NCBI GenBank assembly: GCA_038116945.1
Contig: JAYOEY010000002.1
Coordinates: 20,958-84,957, forward strand
From: Rhodospirillales bacterium
GTDB taxonomy: Bacteria; Pseudomonadota; Alphaproteobacteria; MPNO01; UBA2964
DNA length: 64,000 nt
Direction of reading: 5' to 3'
Under the pieces are notes generated by a model. The model did not search any database. It worked only from the letters and a program-made list of their open reading frames with translations, and was not told the origin of the DNA. Of this stretch, positions 1 to 9,348 are shown piece by piece (position 1 is the first letter of the stretch; each line of letters opens with the position of its first letter). Made by a program: the position numbers and the translations under genes.

Positions 1-1260
1 CAGGGCAGGCCGCTCGACGAAGCGCTGGGGGGGAGCCGGTCGCTGGCCGCGCTGGAAGCGCGCGACCGCGCCTTTGCCCGCATGCTGGTGTCGACCACGC
101 TGCGCCGGCTGGGGCAGATCGACGCGGTGCTGGACGAATTCGTCGAACGCCCCCTGCCCGACCGCGCCTTCGTCATCCGCAACATTCTCAGGCTCGGCGT
201 CGCCCAGCTCCTCGTGCTGGAGACCCCGGCGCATGCCGCGGTCGACAACGCCGTCCGGCTCTGCGTGGTGGTGCGGCAGCAGGGATTCAAGGGGCTGGTC
301 AATGCGGTGATGCGCCGCGTGGCGCGCGATGGCGCCGGCCTCTTCGCAGCCTCCGACCCGATGCTGAACGCGCCGCAATGGCTCCGCGACAGCTGGACTG
401 CCGCGTATGGCGCGCAGGCCCACGACATCGCCAGGGCGCATCTCGTCGAACCGCCGCTGGACCTGACCGTGCGGGGCGACCCGAAGGCGTGGGCCGGGCG
501 GCTGGGCGGCCAGCTCCTGCCCGGCGGGACGGTGCGGCTGCAGGGCGCCGGGGAGGTCACTGCGCTGGTCGGTTTCAAGGGGGGAGGCTGGTGGGTGCAG
601 GACGCCGCGGCGGCCATCCCCGCGAAGTTGCTGCTGTCCGCCCTCGGCGATGCGGCCGGCAGGACGGTCATCGACCTGTGCGCCGCCCCCGGCGGCAAGA
701 CCGCGCAGCTGCTCGATGCCGGCGTTTCCGTGACGGCGGTCGACCGGTCCGATCAAAGGCTGGCGCGGCTGCGCGAAAATCTGAGCCGGCTGCGCTTTGA
801 TGCAAAAATCGTGAAGGCGGACGCGACCCGGTGGCGGCCTGCCGAACCCGCCGATGCGGTCCTGCTCGATGCGCCCTGCAGCGCCACGGGTACCATCCGC
901 CGCCATCCGGATATCGCGTGGAACAAGACGGCAGACGACGTTTCGCGCCTCGCGGAGCTTCAGACGGCGCTGTTGACCGGCGCCGCCGACATGCTGAAGC
1001 CCGGCGGCGTTCTCGTTTACAGCGTCTGTTCGCTTCAGCCCGAGGAAGGTCCCGAACGGATCGCCGCGTTTCTGGCCGCGGACAGCCGGTTCGAGCGGAT
1101 GCCCGTATCCGTGGATGAAGTCGGCGGGATCCCCGGCATTGTCACGCCCGGGGGAGATATCCGCACGCTGCCGGGCCATCTCGGCGATGCGGGCGGGATG
1201 GACGGATTCTTCGTGGCGCGGCTTAAACGCCGGGCGCCGGAGACAGAGTTATTGAATTGA
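1..1260 (+). CDS. rsmB: 16S rRNA (cytosine-C5)-methyltransferase RsmB/Sun, 5'-truncated by window edge
   Basis: Frame 1 is open from nt 1 to the stop at 1258-1260. NusB-like N-terminal region followed by SAM methyltransferase motifs (DLCAAPGGKT, DAPCSATGTIRRHPD, PGGVLVYSVCS). Confidence 0.8.
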   Translation, partial: QGRPLDEALGGSRSLAALEARDRAFARMLVSTTLRRLGQIDAVLDEFVERPLPDRAFVIRNILRLGVAQLLVLETPAHAAVDNAVRLCVVVRQQGFKGLVNAVMRRVARDGAGLFAASDPMLNAPQWLRDSWTAAYGAQAHDIARAHLVEPPLDLTVRGDPKAWAGRLGGQLLPGGTVRLQGAGEVTALVGFKGGGWWVQDAAAAIPAKLLLSALGDAAGRTVIDLCAAPGGKTAQLLDAGVSVTAVDRSDQRLARLRENLSRLRFDAKIVKADATRWRPAEPADAVLLDAPCSATGTIRRHPDIAWNKTADDVSRLAELQTALLTGAADMLKPGGVLVYSVCSLQPEEGPERIAAFLAADSRFERMPVSVDEVGGIPGIVTPGGDIRTLPGHLGDAGGMDGFFVARLKRRAPETELLN

Positions 1261-1327
1261 TAACCTTAGGAGCGTACAAGATTCCACCAGCAAGGTTAAC
1301 GGCCGCGCGGACGCAAGAGATACTCGT

Positions 1328-1762
1328 TTGACGGACTCTGGCACCAATCACGAAATTTTCTTACGCGAAGAAACCGTAAAGACATCAACCGATCGCAGTT
1401 TCGGAATCGTGTTTACGGTCGTTTTCGCGATCATTGGCCTGTGGCCGCTGATGGGCGGACACGGGGTGAGGCTGTGGGCGATCGCGGTCGCCGGGGTCCT
1501 GCTGGTCGTCGCCCTGGTCAGGCCGGTCTGGCTGGCGCCGGCAAACCGGCTCTGGACGAAATTCGGGCTGCTGCTGCACCACGTTACGAATCCCCTCATC
1601 ATGGGGCTGGTATTCTTCGTTGTGGTAACGCCGATGGCGTTGGGAATGCGTTTTCTGGGAAAAGATCCGCTTTGCCGCAAAATCGACAAGTCGGCGAAGA
1701 GCTACTGGATTGACCGCGAACCGCCCGGGCCCAAGCCCGAAACCATGATCAATCAGTTTTGA
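1328..1762 (+). CDS. SxtJ-like small membrane protein (TTG start)
   Basis: 144 aa with two hydrophobic segments (FGIVFTVVFAIIGLWPL, LIMGLVFFVVVTP). The family is usually found beside a carbamoyltransferase and DUF5989. No in-frame ATG lies before the first transmembrane segment, so TTG at 1328 is the likely start. Confidence 0.6.
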   Translation: MTDSGTNHEIFLREETVKTSTDRSFGIVFTVVFAIIGLWPLMGGHGVRLWAIAVAGVLLVVALVRPVWLAPANRLWTKFGLLLHHVTNPLIMGLVFFVVVTPMALGMRFLGKDPLCRKIDKSAKSYWIDREPPGPKPETMINQF

Positions 1763-1769
1763 GTTTCTG

Positions 1770-1919
1770 ATGGGATTTCTCAGGGAATTCTGGAGTTTCA
1801 TGCGGGCGCGCAAGAAATTCTGGCTGCTGCCGATTTTCATTGTGCTGTTGCTGTTCGGCGGGCTCGTGATCCTGACCCAGGGATCCGCAGTGGCGCCGTT
1901 CATCTACACGATATTCTGA
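1770..1919 (+). CDS. DUF5989-like 49-aa membrane micro-protein (absent from ORF track, below its length cut-off)
   Basis: ATG 1770 to TGA 1917-1919, translated by hand as MGFLREFWSFMRARKKFWLLPIFIVLLLFGGLVILTQGSAVAPFIYTIF. It sits 7 nt after the SxtJ-like stop and 15 nt before the carbamoyltransferase. The KKFWLLPI...GSAVAPFIYT pattern matches the conserved SxtJ/carbamoyltransferase companion. Confidence 0.7.
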   Translation: MGFLREFWSFMRARKKFWLLPIFIVLLLFGGLVILTQGSAVAPFIYTIF

Positions 1920-1934
1920 TCTGCTGTCGTGGCG

Positions 1935-3770
1935 ATGCGGATCCTGGGCATATCGGCTTTTTACCATGACAGCGCGGCGGCGCTTGTTGAAGACGGCAAG
2001 GTCGTGGCGGCAGCCCAGGAAGAACGGTTCTCGAGGAAAAAACAGGATTCCGGTTTTCCGCAGGCAGCGATCGACTATTGCCTGGACGAAGTCGGCGCCA
2101 GTCTTTCCGACATCGATTTTGTCGCGTTCTACGACAAGCCTTTCCTGAAGTTCGAAAGACTGCTCGAAACCTACGTCGCCTATGCGCCTCGCGGGTTCGA
2201 ATCGTTCCGCATGGCGATGCCGGTCTGGCTCAAGGAAAAGCTGTTCCAGAAGACGCTGCTGAAGGACAGGCTGCGCAACGAAGCGCCCGATTTCAACTGG
2301 GACAACCGGCTGCTGTTTGCGGAGCACCATCAGAGCCATGCCGCCAGCGCGTTCTATCCGTCGCCTTTCGAAAACGCGGCGATCCTGACCATGGATGGCG
2401 TCGGCGAATGGACGACGACGTCGCTTGGAATCGGCAGCGGCAACAAGGTGGAAATGACGCGGGAGATTCATTTCCCCCATTCTCTCGGCCTGCTCTATTC
2501 CGCGTTTACCTATTACACCGGCTTCCGCGTCAATTCGGGCGAGTACAAGGTGATGGGGCTGGCCCCGTACGGCGAGCCCAGATACACGAAGACGATTCTC
2601 GACAATGTCATCGACGTGAAGGAGGATGGCTCTTTCCGGCTCGACCTTTCCTATTTCGATTTCTGTACCGGTTTGCGCATGACGAACGACAGGTTTCACG
2701 ACCTGTTCGGGGCTCCGCCGCGCGATCCCGAGAGCCTGCTGACCCAGCGCGACATGGACCTCGCCGCGTCGATTCAGGAAGTGACGGAAGAAGTCGTGCT
2801 TCGCCTCGGCCGGTCGATCGCGAAAGAGACGCAGGAAAAGAACCTGTGTCTCGCGGGCGGCGTCGCGCTCAACTGCGTCGCCAACGGCAAGCTGCTGCGC
2901 GACAACTGCTTCGAGAATATCTGGATCCAGCCGGCGGCCGGCGATGCCGGCGGCGCGCTCGGCGCAGCCCTGGTGGGCTATCATTATTTTCAGGATCAGC
3001 CGCGCAAGCTGAATGGCGCGATGGACGGCATGAAAGGCGCCTATCTGGGACCTGAATTCCGGCAGACCGACATCGAGGAGCGTCTTGCGGCGGCGGGGGC
3101 GGTGTTCAGCACGCTGTCGGACGACGATACGATCCGGCGCACCGCGGCCGCCCTGGCCGACGGCAAGGCGGTCGGCTGGTTCCAGGGACGGATGGAGTTC
3201 GGGCCGAGGGCTCTCGGCGGACGCTCGATCCTCGGCGATCCGCGCGACCCGGCCATGCAGAAGACGCTGAATTTGCGGGTCAAATACAGGGAATCGTTCC
3301 GTCCGTTCGCGCCGTCGGTCCTGGGAGAACACGTGTCGGACTGGTTCGAACTCGACAGGGAAAGCCCGTACATGCTGCTTGTCGCCAATGTCAAAGAGGA
3401 ACACCGGCGCGAGATGACGGCGGAAGAGCAGGCGCTGTTCGGAATCGACAAGCTCAACGTACCGCGCTCGTCGATCCCGGCGATCACCCATGTCGACTAT
3501 TCGGCGCGGGTCCAGACCGTACACGCGGAGACCAATCCCCGCTATCACGCGCTGATTTCCGCATTCAGGGACCTGACCGGCTGCCCGGTTCTGGTCAACA
3601 CAAGCTTCAACGTCCGGGGCGAGCCCATCGTGTGTACGCCCGAAGACGCGTTCCGCTGCTTCATGGGCAGCGGCATCGAGGTTCTGGTCGTCGGAAACTG
3701 CTATCTGGCGAAAGAAGATCAGGATCCCGCGCTTGCGGAAGACTACAAAGACAAGTTTGAACTGGATTGA
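1935..3770 (+). CDS. NodU/CmcH-family O-carbamoyltransferase
   Basis: 612 aa beginning MRILGISAFYHDSAAALVEDGKVVAAAQEERFSRKK (Kae1/HypF-like N-domain), with a C-terminal carbamoyltransferase domain. The ATG at 1935 is preferred over the GTG at 1929 used by the track. Confidence 0.85.
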   Translation: MRILGISAFYHDSAAALVEDGKVVAAAQEERFSRKKQDSGFPQAAIDYCLDEVGASLSDIDFVAFYDKPFLKFERLLETYVAYAPRGFESFRMAMPVWLKEKLFQKTLLKDRLRNEAPDFNWDNRLLFAEHHQSHAASAFYPSPFENAAILTMDGVGEWTTTSLGIGSGNKVEMTREIHFPHSLGLLYSAFTYYTGFRVNSGEYKVMGLAPYGEPRYTKTILDNVIDVKEDGSFRLDLSYFDFCTGLRMTNDRFHDLFGAPPRDPESLLTQRDMDLAASIQEVTEEVVLRLGRSIAKETQEKNLCLAGGVALNCVANGKLLRDNCFENIWIQPAAGDAGGALGAALVGYHYFQDQPRKLNGAMDGMKGAYLGPEFRQTDIEERLAAAGAVFSTLSDDDTIRRTAAALADGKAVGWFQGRMEFGPRALGGRSILGDPRDPAMQKTLNLRVKYRESFRPFAPSVLGEHVSDWFELDRESPYMLLVANVKEEHRREMTAEEQALFGIDKLNVPRSSIPAITHVDYSARVQTVHAETNPRYHALISAFRDLTGCPVLVNTSFNVRGEPIVCTPEDAFRCFMGSGIEVLVVGNCYLAKEDQDPALAEDYKDKFELD

Positions 3771-3818
3771 TTCTGCCAACTGGGCGTAGAAAACATCTGC
3801 GAACCAATCGGTGGAACC

Positions 3819-4484
3819 GTGCAGAAACCAGTTCGAATCGCCCCATCCATCCTGTCCGCCGATTTCGGGCGGCTGTCCGAAGAGACCGACGCGATCATCG
3901 CGGCCGGCGGGGACTGGGTCCATGTTGATGTCATGGACGGGCATTTTGTGCCCAATATCACTATCGGTCCCGGCGTGGTGAAGGCGATCCGCAACGCGAC
4001 CCGCGCCGTGTTCGACGTTCACCTGATGATTTCGCCGGTCGATCCGTATATCGGCGATTTCGCGGACGCGGGCGCCGACATCATCACGGCGCATGTTGAA
4101 GCCGGCCCGCATCTGCACCGGACGATCCAGGCAATCCACGCGGCGGGCAAGAAGGCGGGCGTGTCGCTAAACCCGTCCACGCCGGCCGAGGCCGTCGCCC
4201 ACGTGATCGACGATGTCGACCTGATCCTCGTCATGACCGTCAATCCCGGGTTCGGCGGCCAGAGCTTTATCGAAAGCCAGCTCGCCAAGATCAGATCGCT
4301 TCGGTCGATGATCGATGCATCCGGTCGCGATATCGACCTCGAAGTGGATGGCGGCATAACCGTCGATACGGCGCCGAAAGCCATCGCGGCCGGCGCCGAT
4401 GTACTGGTAGCGGGGACGGCATCGTTTCAGGGCGGACCGGACCGTTACGCGGACAATATTCGCGCGCTTCGCGGCTCGGCCTGA
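3819..4484 (+). CDS. rpe: ribulose-phosphate 3-epimerase (GTG start)
   Basis: IAPSILSADFGRLSEE, HVDVMDGHFVPNITIGP, VMTVNPGFGGQSF, EVDGGI motifs. Confidence 0.9.
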   Translation: MQKPVRIAPSILSADFGRLSEETDAIIAAGGDWVHVDVMDGHFVPNITIGPGVVKAIRNATRAVFDVHLMISPVDPYIGDFADAGADIITAHVEAGPHLHRTIQAIHAAGKKAGVSLNPSTPAEAVAHVIDDVDLILVMTVNPGFGGQSFIESQLAKIRSLRSMIDASGRDIDLEVDGGITVDTAPKAIAAGADVLVAGTASFQGGPDRYADNIRALRGSA

Positions 4485-4499
4485 CGGCGGCGGGCGGAC

Positions 4500-6131
4500 A
4501 TGCGCTGGTCAGGATTCCGGGCCCTGAGCCATTCGGCGTTACAGCCCGTTTTCGCCAGCCGGGTCTGGCGCATGACACTGCCGGCCCAGGCCGGCGAAAG
4601 ACCGGTCTTTCCGTCGATCGACCTGTGGCCCGGCGACGCGTCCCGGGGAGCGGTCATTGTCGCCGGCGATTTTCAGTGCGCCGGCAAGACGATCCGGGCC
4701 GCCGAAGCGCCCTGGATGGCGGCCGGCGTGTCGGAAAGCTGGATTTCGATCGTCTCGTCTTTCGAATGGCTGCGCGATCTGCGCGCCGCAGGCGGAGATG
4801 CGGCGCGCGAGCGCAGCCGCCAGCTCGTTCGGCGCTGGATCGAAACGCATGGCGCCCGCTGGCGCAACGCCGGCTGGAGGCCCGATATCCTCGGCGCGCG
4901 CATTGCCAACTGGATTGAGAACGGCGCATTGCTGACGGCTGGCGCCGATGAACGTTTTCTCGATCTGCTCTCCGTGTCTCTCCGGCAGCAGGCGGCGCAT
5001 TTGCAAAGGATCGCGAGGTTCGCAGCGCCCGGCGCCCCGCGAACTCGGGCCCTCAAGGGGCTTGCATTCGCGGCGATTTCCTTTCGCAACGACCGGAACC
5101 TGGCCTCCGCCCTTTCGATGCTGCAGGCGCAGATCGCCAGGGACGTGCTCGCCGATGGAGGGCATGTCGCACGCAGCCCCGCGGTGCAGCTGGCCATCCT
5201 GCGGGATTTGATCGACATCCGCGCCGCCTTGCGCGACGCCAGACAGGAGGTCCCCGAGGATATTCAGACCGCCATCGACCGCATGGGGCCGATGCTCAGG
5301 TTTTTCCGGCACGGCGATGGCGGTCTGGCGCTGTTCAACGGAGCGGATGAGGACGAAGGCTGGCTGATCGACATAGCGCTGACGCGGTCCGAAGCGAGAG
5401 GCAAGCCCCTCGACTCCGCGCCCCATACCGGATTCGAACGCCTGACGGCCAGCCGGACGCTGGTTCTCGTGGATGCCGGCGGCCCTCCGCCTTCCGGCTA
5501 CGATCTCGACGCCCATGCCGCGCCGCTCAGCTTCGAAATGAGCAGCGGCAAGGAACGGCTGGTTGTCAATTGCGGCGCCTATCGCGGCGACAGCCAGGAA
5601 TGGCGCGTGGCGCAGCGAACCACGGCGGCGCATTCCACTGTCACCGTCGAAGACCACAATGCCGCGGAGTTGCTAGAGGGCGGCGGAATCGGGAAACGAC
5701 CGTCCACCGTCCGTGTCGACCGGCGTGAAGGCGACGGCAGCATCTGGGTCGATGGCAGCCATGACGGGTATCAGCGCCAGGACGGTCTGATTCATCGACG
5801 CCGGCTTTACCTGTCGGCCAGCGGCGGCGATCTCCGGGGCGAGGATTCGCTGACCGGCAAGGGCAACCGGAAATACGTCGCCCGGTTTCACCTCCATCCC
5901 TCTGTCCGGGCCTCGATGGTGCAGCAGGGAAGCGCCGTTCTGTTGCGGCTTGCGAGCGGCGAGGGCTGGCGTTTCCGCGCGTCCGGCGGCGCCATCACAT
6001 TGCAGGAGAGCGTCTATCTGGGCACGCGCGACAGCGTCAAAAGATGTGAACAGATCGTCGTGTCGTCGGCCACGCAAAACGGCGAAGGCCAGATCAAATG
6101 GGCGTTTACGCGTCTCGCCAGAGACGGGTAA
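4500..6131 (+). CDS. heparinase II/III-like family protein (alternative start ATG 4572)
   Basis: 543-aa ORF with the architecture of the alphaproteobacterial heparinase II/III-like protein commonly found next to rpe. No signal peptide is obvious. Confidence 0.55.
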   Translation: MRWSGFRALSHSALQPVFASRVWRMTLPAQAGERPVFPSIDLWPGDASRGAVIVAGDFQCAGKTIRAAEAPWMAAGVSESWISIVSSFEWLRDLRAAGGDAARERSRQLVRRWIETHGARWRNAGWRPDILGARIANWIENGALLTAGADERFLDLLSVSLRQQAAHLQRIARFAAPGAPRTRALKGLAFAAISFRNDRNLASALSMLQAQIARDVLADGGHVARSPAVQLAILRDLIDIRAALRDARQEVPEDIQTAIDRMGPMLRFFRHGDGGLALFNGADEDEGWLIDIALTRSEARGKPLDSAPHTGFERLTASRTLVLVDAGGPPPSGYDLDAHAAPLSFEMSSGKERLVVNCGAYRGDSQEWRVAQRTTAAHSTVTVEDHNAAELLEGGGIGKRPSTVRVDRREGDGSIWVDGSHDGYQRQDGLIHRRRLYLSASGGDLRGEDSLTGKGNRKYVARFHLHPSVRASMVQQGSAVLLRLASGEGWRFRASGGAITLQESVYLGTRDSVKRCEQIVVSSATQNGEGQIKWAFTRLARDG

Positions 6132-6141
6132 AGGGATATGT

Positions 6142-7425
6142 TCAGAGCTGCCAGCGCCGGAAATTGGCGGGGAACGAACGCAGCCGCCACATGCCCTTAA
6201 CGTCTGCGATCAGCCCGTCGCCGGCCAGCAGGGCGTTGAAGCGGTCATCCGGAAATTCGACGTAATCGGTATGCGGCACGGCGCCGACAATGCAGTCGTA
6301 CCCTGTCGCGTCGTCGAGCGAAGGCAGCAGGTCGATATTGAAAATCTGCTTCGCTTCTTCCGGATCGGCGAAGGCATCGTGAACGTCGACCGCGAACCCC
6401 CTGTCGGTCAGGCCCCTGACAATATCGATAACATGGGAGTTCCGGAGGTCGGGGACGTTTTCCTTGAAGGTCAGGCCGAGCATCAGGATGCGGCCGTTTC
6501 CGTTCCTGCCCAGGGAAGCCAGTTCCGACGCGATGCAATCCGCGACGTAGCCGCCCATTGCGTCGTTAATCCGGCGTCCGGCCAGGATGATCTCCGGGTG
6601 ATGGCCCATCGCGGTCGCGGCGTGAGCGAGGTAGAACGGATCGACGCCGATACAGTGTCCACCGACCAGACCAGGCGTGAATTTCAGGAAGTTCCACTTG
6701 GTGCCCGCGGCCTCGAGTACGTCGTAAATCGAGATCCCCATCTTCTGGAAGATCGTCGCGACCTCGTTGATGAAGGCGATGTTGATGTCGCGCTGGGCGT
6801 TTTCGATGACCTTGGCGGCTTCGGCGGTGCGGATGTCGCGCGCCTTGAACACGCCGCCCGAGGTCAGCTTGCCGTACATTTCGCACAGAGTGTCCGCGAC
6901 AGCGTCGTTCTGTCCCGCGACGACCTTTGTGATGCGATCGACCGTATGCTCGCGGTCGCCCGGATTGATTCGCTCGGGCGAGTAGCCGAGGAAGAAATCG
7001 ACGCCGCACGTCATCCCGGAGGCCGCCTCGAGCTCTGGGCCGGCGATATCCTCGGTGACGCCGGGATAGACAGTGGATTCGTAAACGACGATCGCGCCTT
7101 TCCGGATGACTCCGCCAACCAGCCGGCTGGCTCCCCGGACGGCAGTCAGGTCAGGTTCGTTGGCGCTGTCGACCGGGGTCGGGACGGTGACGATATAGAT
7201 GTCCGATCCCCGGATGTCGTCCGCCCGATCGGTGAACGTCATGGTCGTCGACGTCAGCTGGTCCGGGCCGATTTCGCGGGTCCGGTCATGGCCGGTCCGA
7301 AGCTCGTCGATCCGCCGGCGATCGATATCGAGTCCCACCACCGGAAAATGCCGGGAGAGATGGATCGCCAGAGGCAGGCCGACATATCCCAGGCCGATCA
7401 CCGCGATCTTCTCGATTTTCGCCAT
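6142..7425 (-). CDS. UDP-N-acetyl-D-glucosamine (or galactosamine) 6-dehydrogenase, TviB/WbpO family
   Basis: MAKIEKIAVIGLGYVGLPLA Rossmann start, VVYESTVYPG, GYSPERINPGD, GGHCIGVDP (catalytic Cys) and ILGLTFKEN motifs. A GGAG ribosome-binding site lies 6 nt upstream on the minus strand. Confidence 0.8.
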   Translation of the reverse strand: MAKIEKIAVIGLGYVGLPLAIHLSRHFPVVGLDIDRRRIDELRTGHDRTREIGPDQLTSTTMTFTDRADDIRGSDIYIVTVPTPVDSANEPDLTAVRGASRLVGGVIRKGAIVVYESTVYPGVTEDIAGPELEAASGMTCGVDFFLGYSPERINPGDREHTVDRITKVVAGQNDAVADTLCEMYGKLTSGGVFKARDIRTAEAAKVIENAQRDINIAFINEVATIFQKMGISIYDVLEAAGTKWNFLKFTPGLVGGHCIGVDPFYLAHAATAMGHHPEIILAGRRINDAMGGYVADCIASELASLGRNGNGRILMLGLTFKENVPDLRNSHVIDIVRGLTDRGFAVDVHDAFADPEEAKQIFNIDLLPSLDDATGYDCIVGAVPHTDYVEFPDDRFNALLAGDGLIADVKGMWRLRSFPANFRRWQL

Positions 7426-7673
7426 TTACCACTCCGTTCGTCCGGCTGGATCGTCTACTCCGGCGATCCGATACGTGTCAATCGAGGCTTGCGACCGCCG
7501 GACAGTAGCGATGAAGGTTAACCGAATCGTTGACGCGCGCGGCCGGAAAATTGCGCCGCGTCGCCAAAAAGCCGAAACCGGTCGTCGCCCGCGCAACAAA
7601 GTTGCAATATGCGTTCAGCCTGCATAGTTTGCCGGCCACTGATTTCGCCCGATTCCACACGGAGAGCCATGCC

Positions 7674-9341
7674 ATGCCGGCATCGCGGACGCCCATACAG
7701 AATGCCGACAACGCGTCAGTGCCCGCGCGCAGGAGTTCCGCGCTGAAGGCGCTGCTGACCTCGCCGCAGACCGAATTCGTCATGGAGGCTCATGACGGGC
7801 TGTCGGCGAAAATCGTCGAAGAAGCGGGGTTCAGGGGAATCTGGGCGTCGGGCCTTACGATGTCGGCGGCGCTTGGCGTTCGAGACAGCAACGAGGCGTC
7901 CTGGACGCAGGTTCTGGAAGTCCTTGAGTTCATGGCGGACGCGACATCGATCCCGATTCTGGTGGACGGCGATACGGGGTACGGCAATTTCAACAATGTG
8001 CGCCGGGTGGTCCGCAAGCTGGGCCAGCGGGGCATCGCCGGGATCTGCATCGAGGACAAGCTGTTTCCCAAGACCAACTCTTTTATCGGCGACGGGCAAC
8101 CGCTTGCCGATATCGACGAGTTCTGCGGCAAGATCAAGGCCGGCAAGGACAGCCAGGTCGACGACGATTTCTGCCTGGTTGCCCGCATCGAGGCGCTGAT
8201 TTCCGGACGCGGCATGGTGGAAGCGCTGAAGCGCGCCAAGGCCTATCACGAGGCCGGAGCCGATGCGCTGCTAATCCATTCCAAACAGCGCGACCCCGAG
8301 GAAATTCTCACCTTCCTCGCCGAATGGGGAAATCGCTGCCCGGTGGTGATCGTGCCGACAACCTATTACGACACGCCGACAGACGCGTGGCGCGATGCCG
8401 GCGTGTCGCTGGTCATCTGGGCCAACCATAATCTGCGCGCCTCCATCTCGGCGATGCGGGAGGTGTCGTCGCGGATCGCCCGCGAGCAGTCGCTGGCGGG
8501 GATCGAAAATTCGGTCGCCACCGTGCGGGAGATTTTTCAGATCGCCGGCAACGACGAGCTCGCGGAGGCCGAACGAAAATACCTGCCGGCGACCCCCGAC
8601 GCACCGCATGCGATCGTGCTGGCGGCTTCGCGCGGAGTCGAACTCGGGGCGCTGACCGAGGACCGTCCCAAATGCATGGTCGAAATTCGCGGGCAGCCGC
8701 TGCTGCGGCGGCTGGTCGATACTTTCCACGGCGGCGGGGTGCATGACATCACGGTGGTTCGCGGCTATCGCAAGGAAATGGTGAACCTTCCCTCGATCCG
8801 CGCCATCGACAACGATGCTTACGACAGCACCGGCGAGCTGGCGACGCTGGCCTGCGCGGCCGACCGGCTCGACGACGAAGTGCTGATCGCGTACGGGGAT
8901 ATCCTGTTTCGCCAGCACATTCTCGATCAGATCCGGAACGCGGATGGCGACATCGTGCTGGCGGTGGATGCGCTTTGGCGCGAACGCGATTCCGATCCCG
9001 GATCGCGCCATCGGGATCTGGTGCAGTGCAGCGCGCCGTTCCAGGTCGATTATCTTCAGGATGCTCCGGTATCGCTTCTCCGGATCGCGCCCGATATCGC
9101 CGAAAGCGACATCAACGGCGAGTGGATCGGACTGGCGCTGGCGCGCGAAAAGGGCACGGCCTCGATTCGGGCAGCAATCGCTACGATGCGCGCGGACGGA
9201 TCGCTTGAACGCGCCGGATTGCCCGGACTGTTTTCCCGGCTGATGGCGGATGGCGTCGAAATCGGCGTCGTCTATGTTGCCGGGCAGTGGCTTGATGTCG
9301 ACGATGCCGCCGACCTGAAGGCCGCGGACAGCTTTCTGTAA
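7674..9341 (+). CDS. ppm: phosphoenolpyruvate phosphomutase fused to a C-terminal LicC/PntC-like (phosphonate) cytidylyltransferase domain
   Basis: The N-domain matches PEP mutase motif for motif ([70 protein letters not shown]). The C-domain has nucleotidyltransferase motifs ([48 protein letters not shown]). The ATG at 7674 follows a GGAGAG ribosome-binding site. The track start at 7530 would add 48 aa with no homologous counterpart. Confidence 0.85.
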   Translation: MPASRTPIQNADNASVPARRSSALKALLTSPQTEFVMEAHDGLSAKIVEEAGFRGIWASGLTMSAALGVRDSNEASWTQVLEVLEFMADATSIPILVDGDTGYGNFNNVRRVVRKLGQRGIAGICIEDKLFPKTNSFIGDGQPLADIDEFCGKIKAGKDSQVDDDFCLVARIEALISGRGMVEALKRAKAYHEAGADALLIHSKQRDPEEILTFLAEWGNRCPVVIVPTTYYDTPTDAWRDAGVSLVIWANHNLRASISAMREVSSRIAREQSLAGIENSVATVREIFQIAGNDELAEAERKYLPATPDAPHAIVLAASRGVELGALTEDRPKCMVEIRGQPLLRRLVDTFHGGGVHDITVVRGYRKEMVNLPSIRAIDNDAYDSTGELATLACAADRLDDEVLIAYGDILFRQHILDQIRNADGDIVLAVDALWRERDSDPGSRHRDLVQCSAPFQVDYLQDAPVSLLRIAPDIAESDINGEWIGLALAREKGTASIRAAIATMRADGSLERAGLPGLFSRLMADGVEIGVVYVAGQWLDVDDAADLKAADSFL

Positions 9342-9348
9342 CCCGGCG

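Noticed and set aside
1749-4139. 796-aa minus-strand ORF opposite the carbamoyltransferase. Similar long antisense ORFs are 9874..12576 (+), 36479..38632 (+), 61943..63937 (-), 4539..5657 (-) and 20238..22412 (-).
   Set aside because: They have no recognisable domains and low-complexity Arg/Pro/Gly-rich translations. Each lies opposite a gene with clear homology. They are the usual stop-codon-poor antisense frames of high-GC DNA.
7530-7673. Track start of the ppm ORF 48 codons upstream.
   Set aside because: There is no ribosome-binding site and no homologous counterpart in PEP mutases. The ATG at 7674 is preceded by GGAGAG, and the protein then begins at the conserved N-terminus.
7426-7673. 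Possible sigma54-type or other promoter/operator in the divergent dehydrogenase/ppm intergenic region (TTGCAATATGCGTTCAGCCTGCA).
   Set aside because: There is no GG-N10-GC spacing match and no GTTC-N7-GAAC box. It is ordinary divergent-promoter AT-enrichment that I cannot assign.
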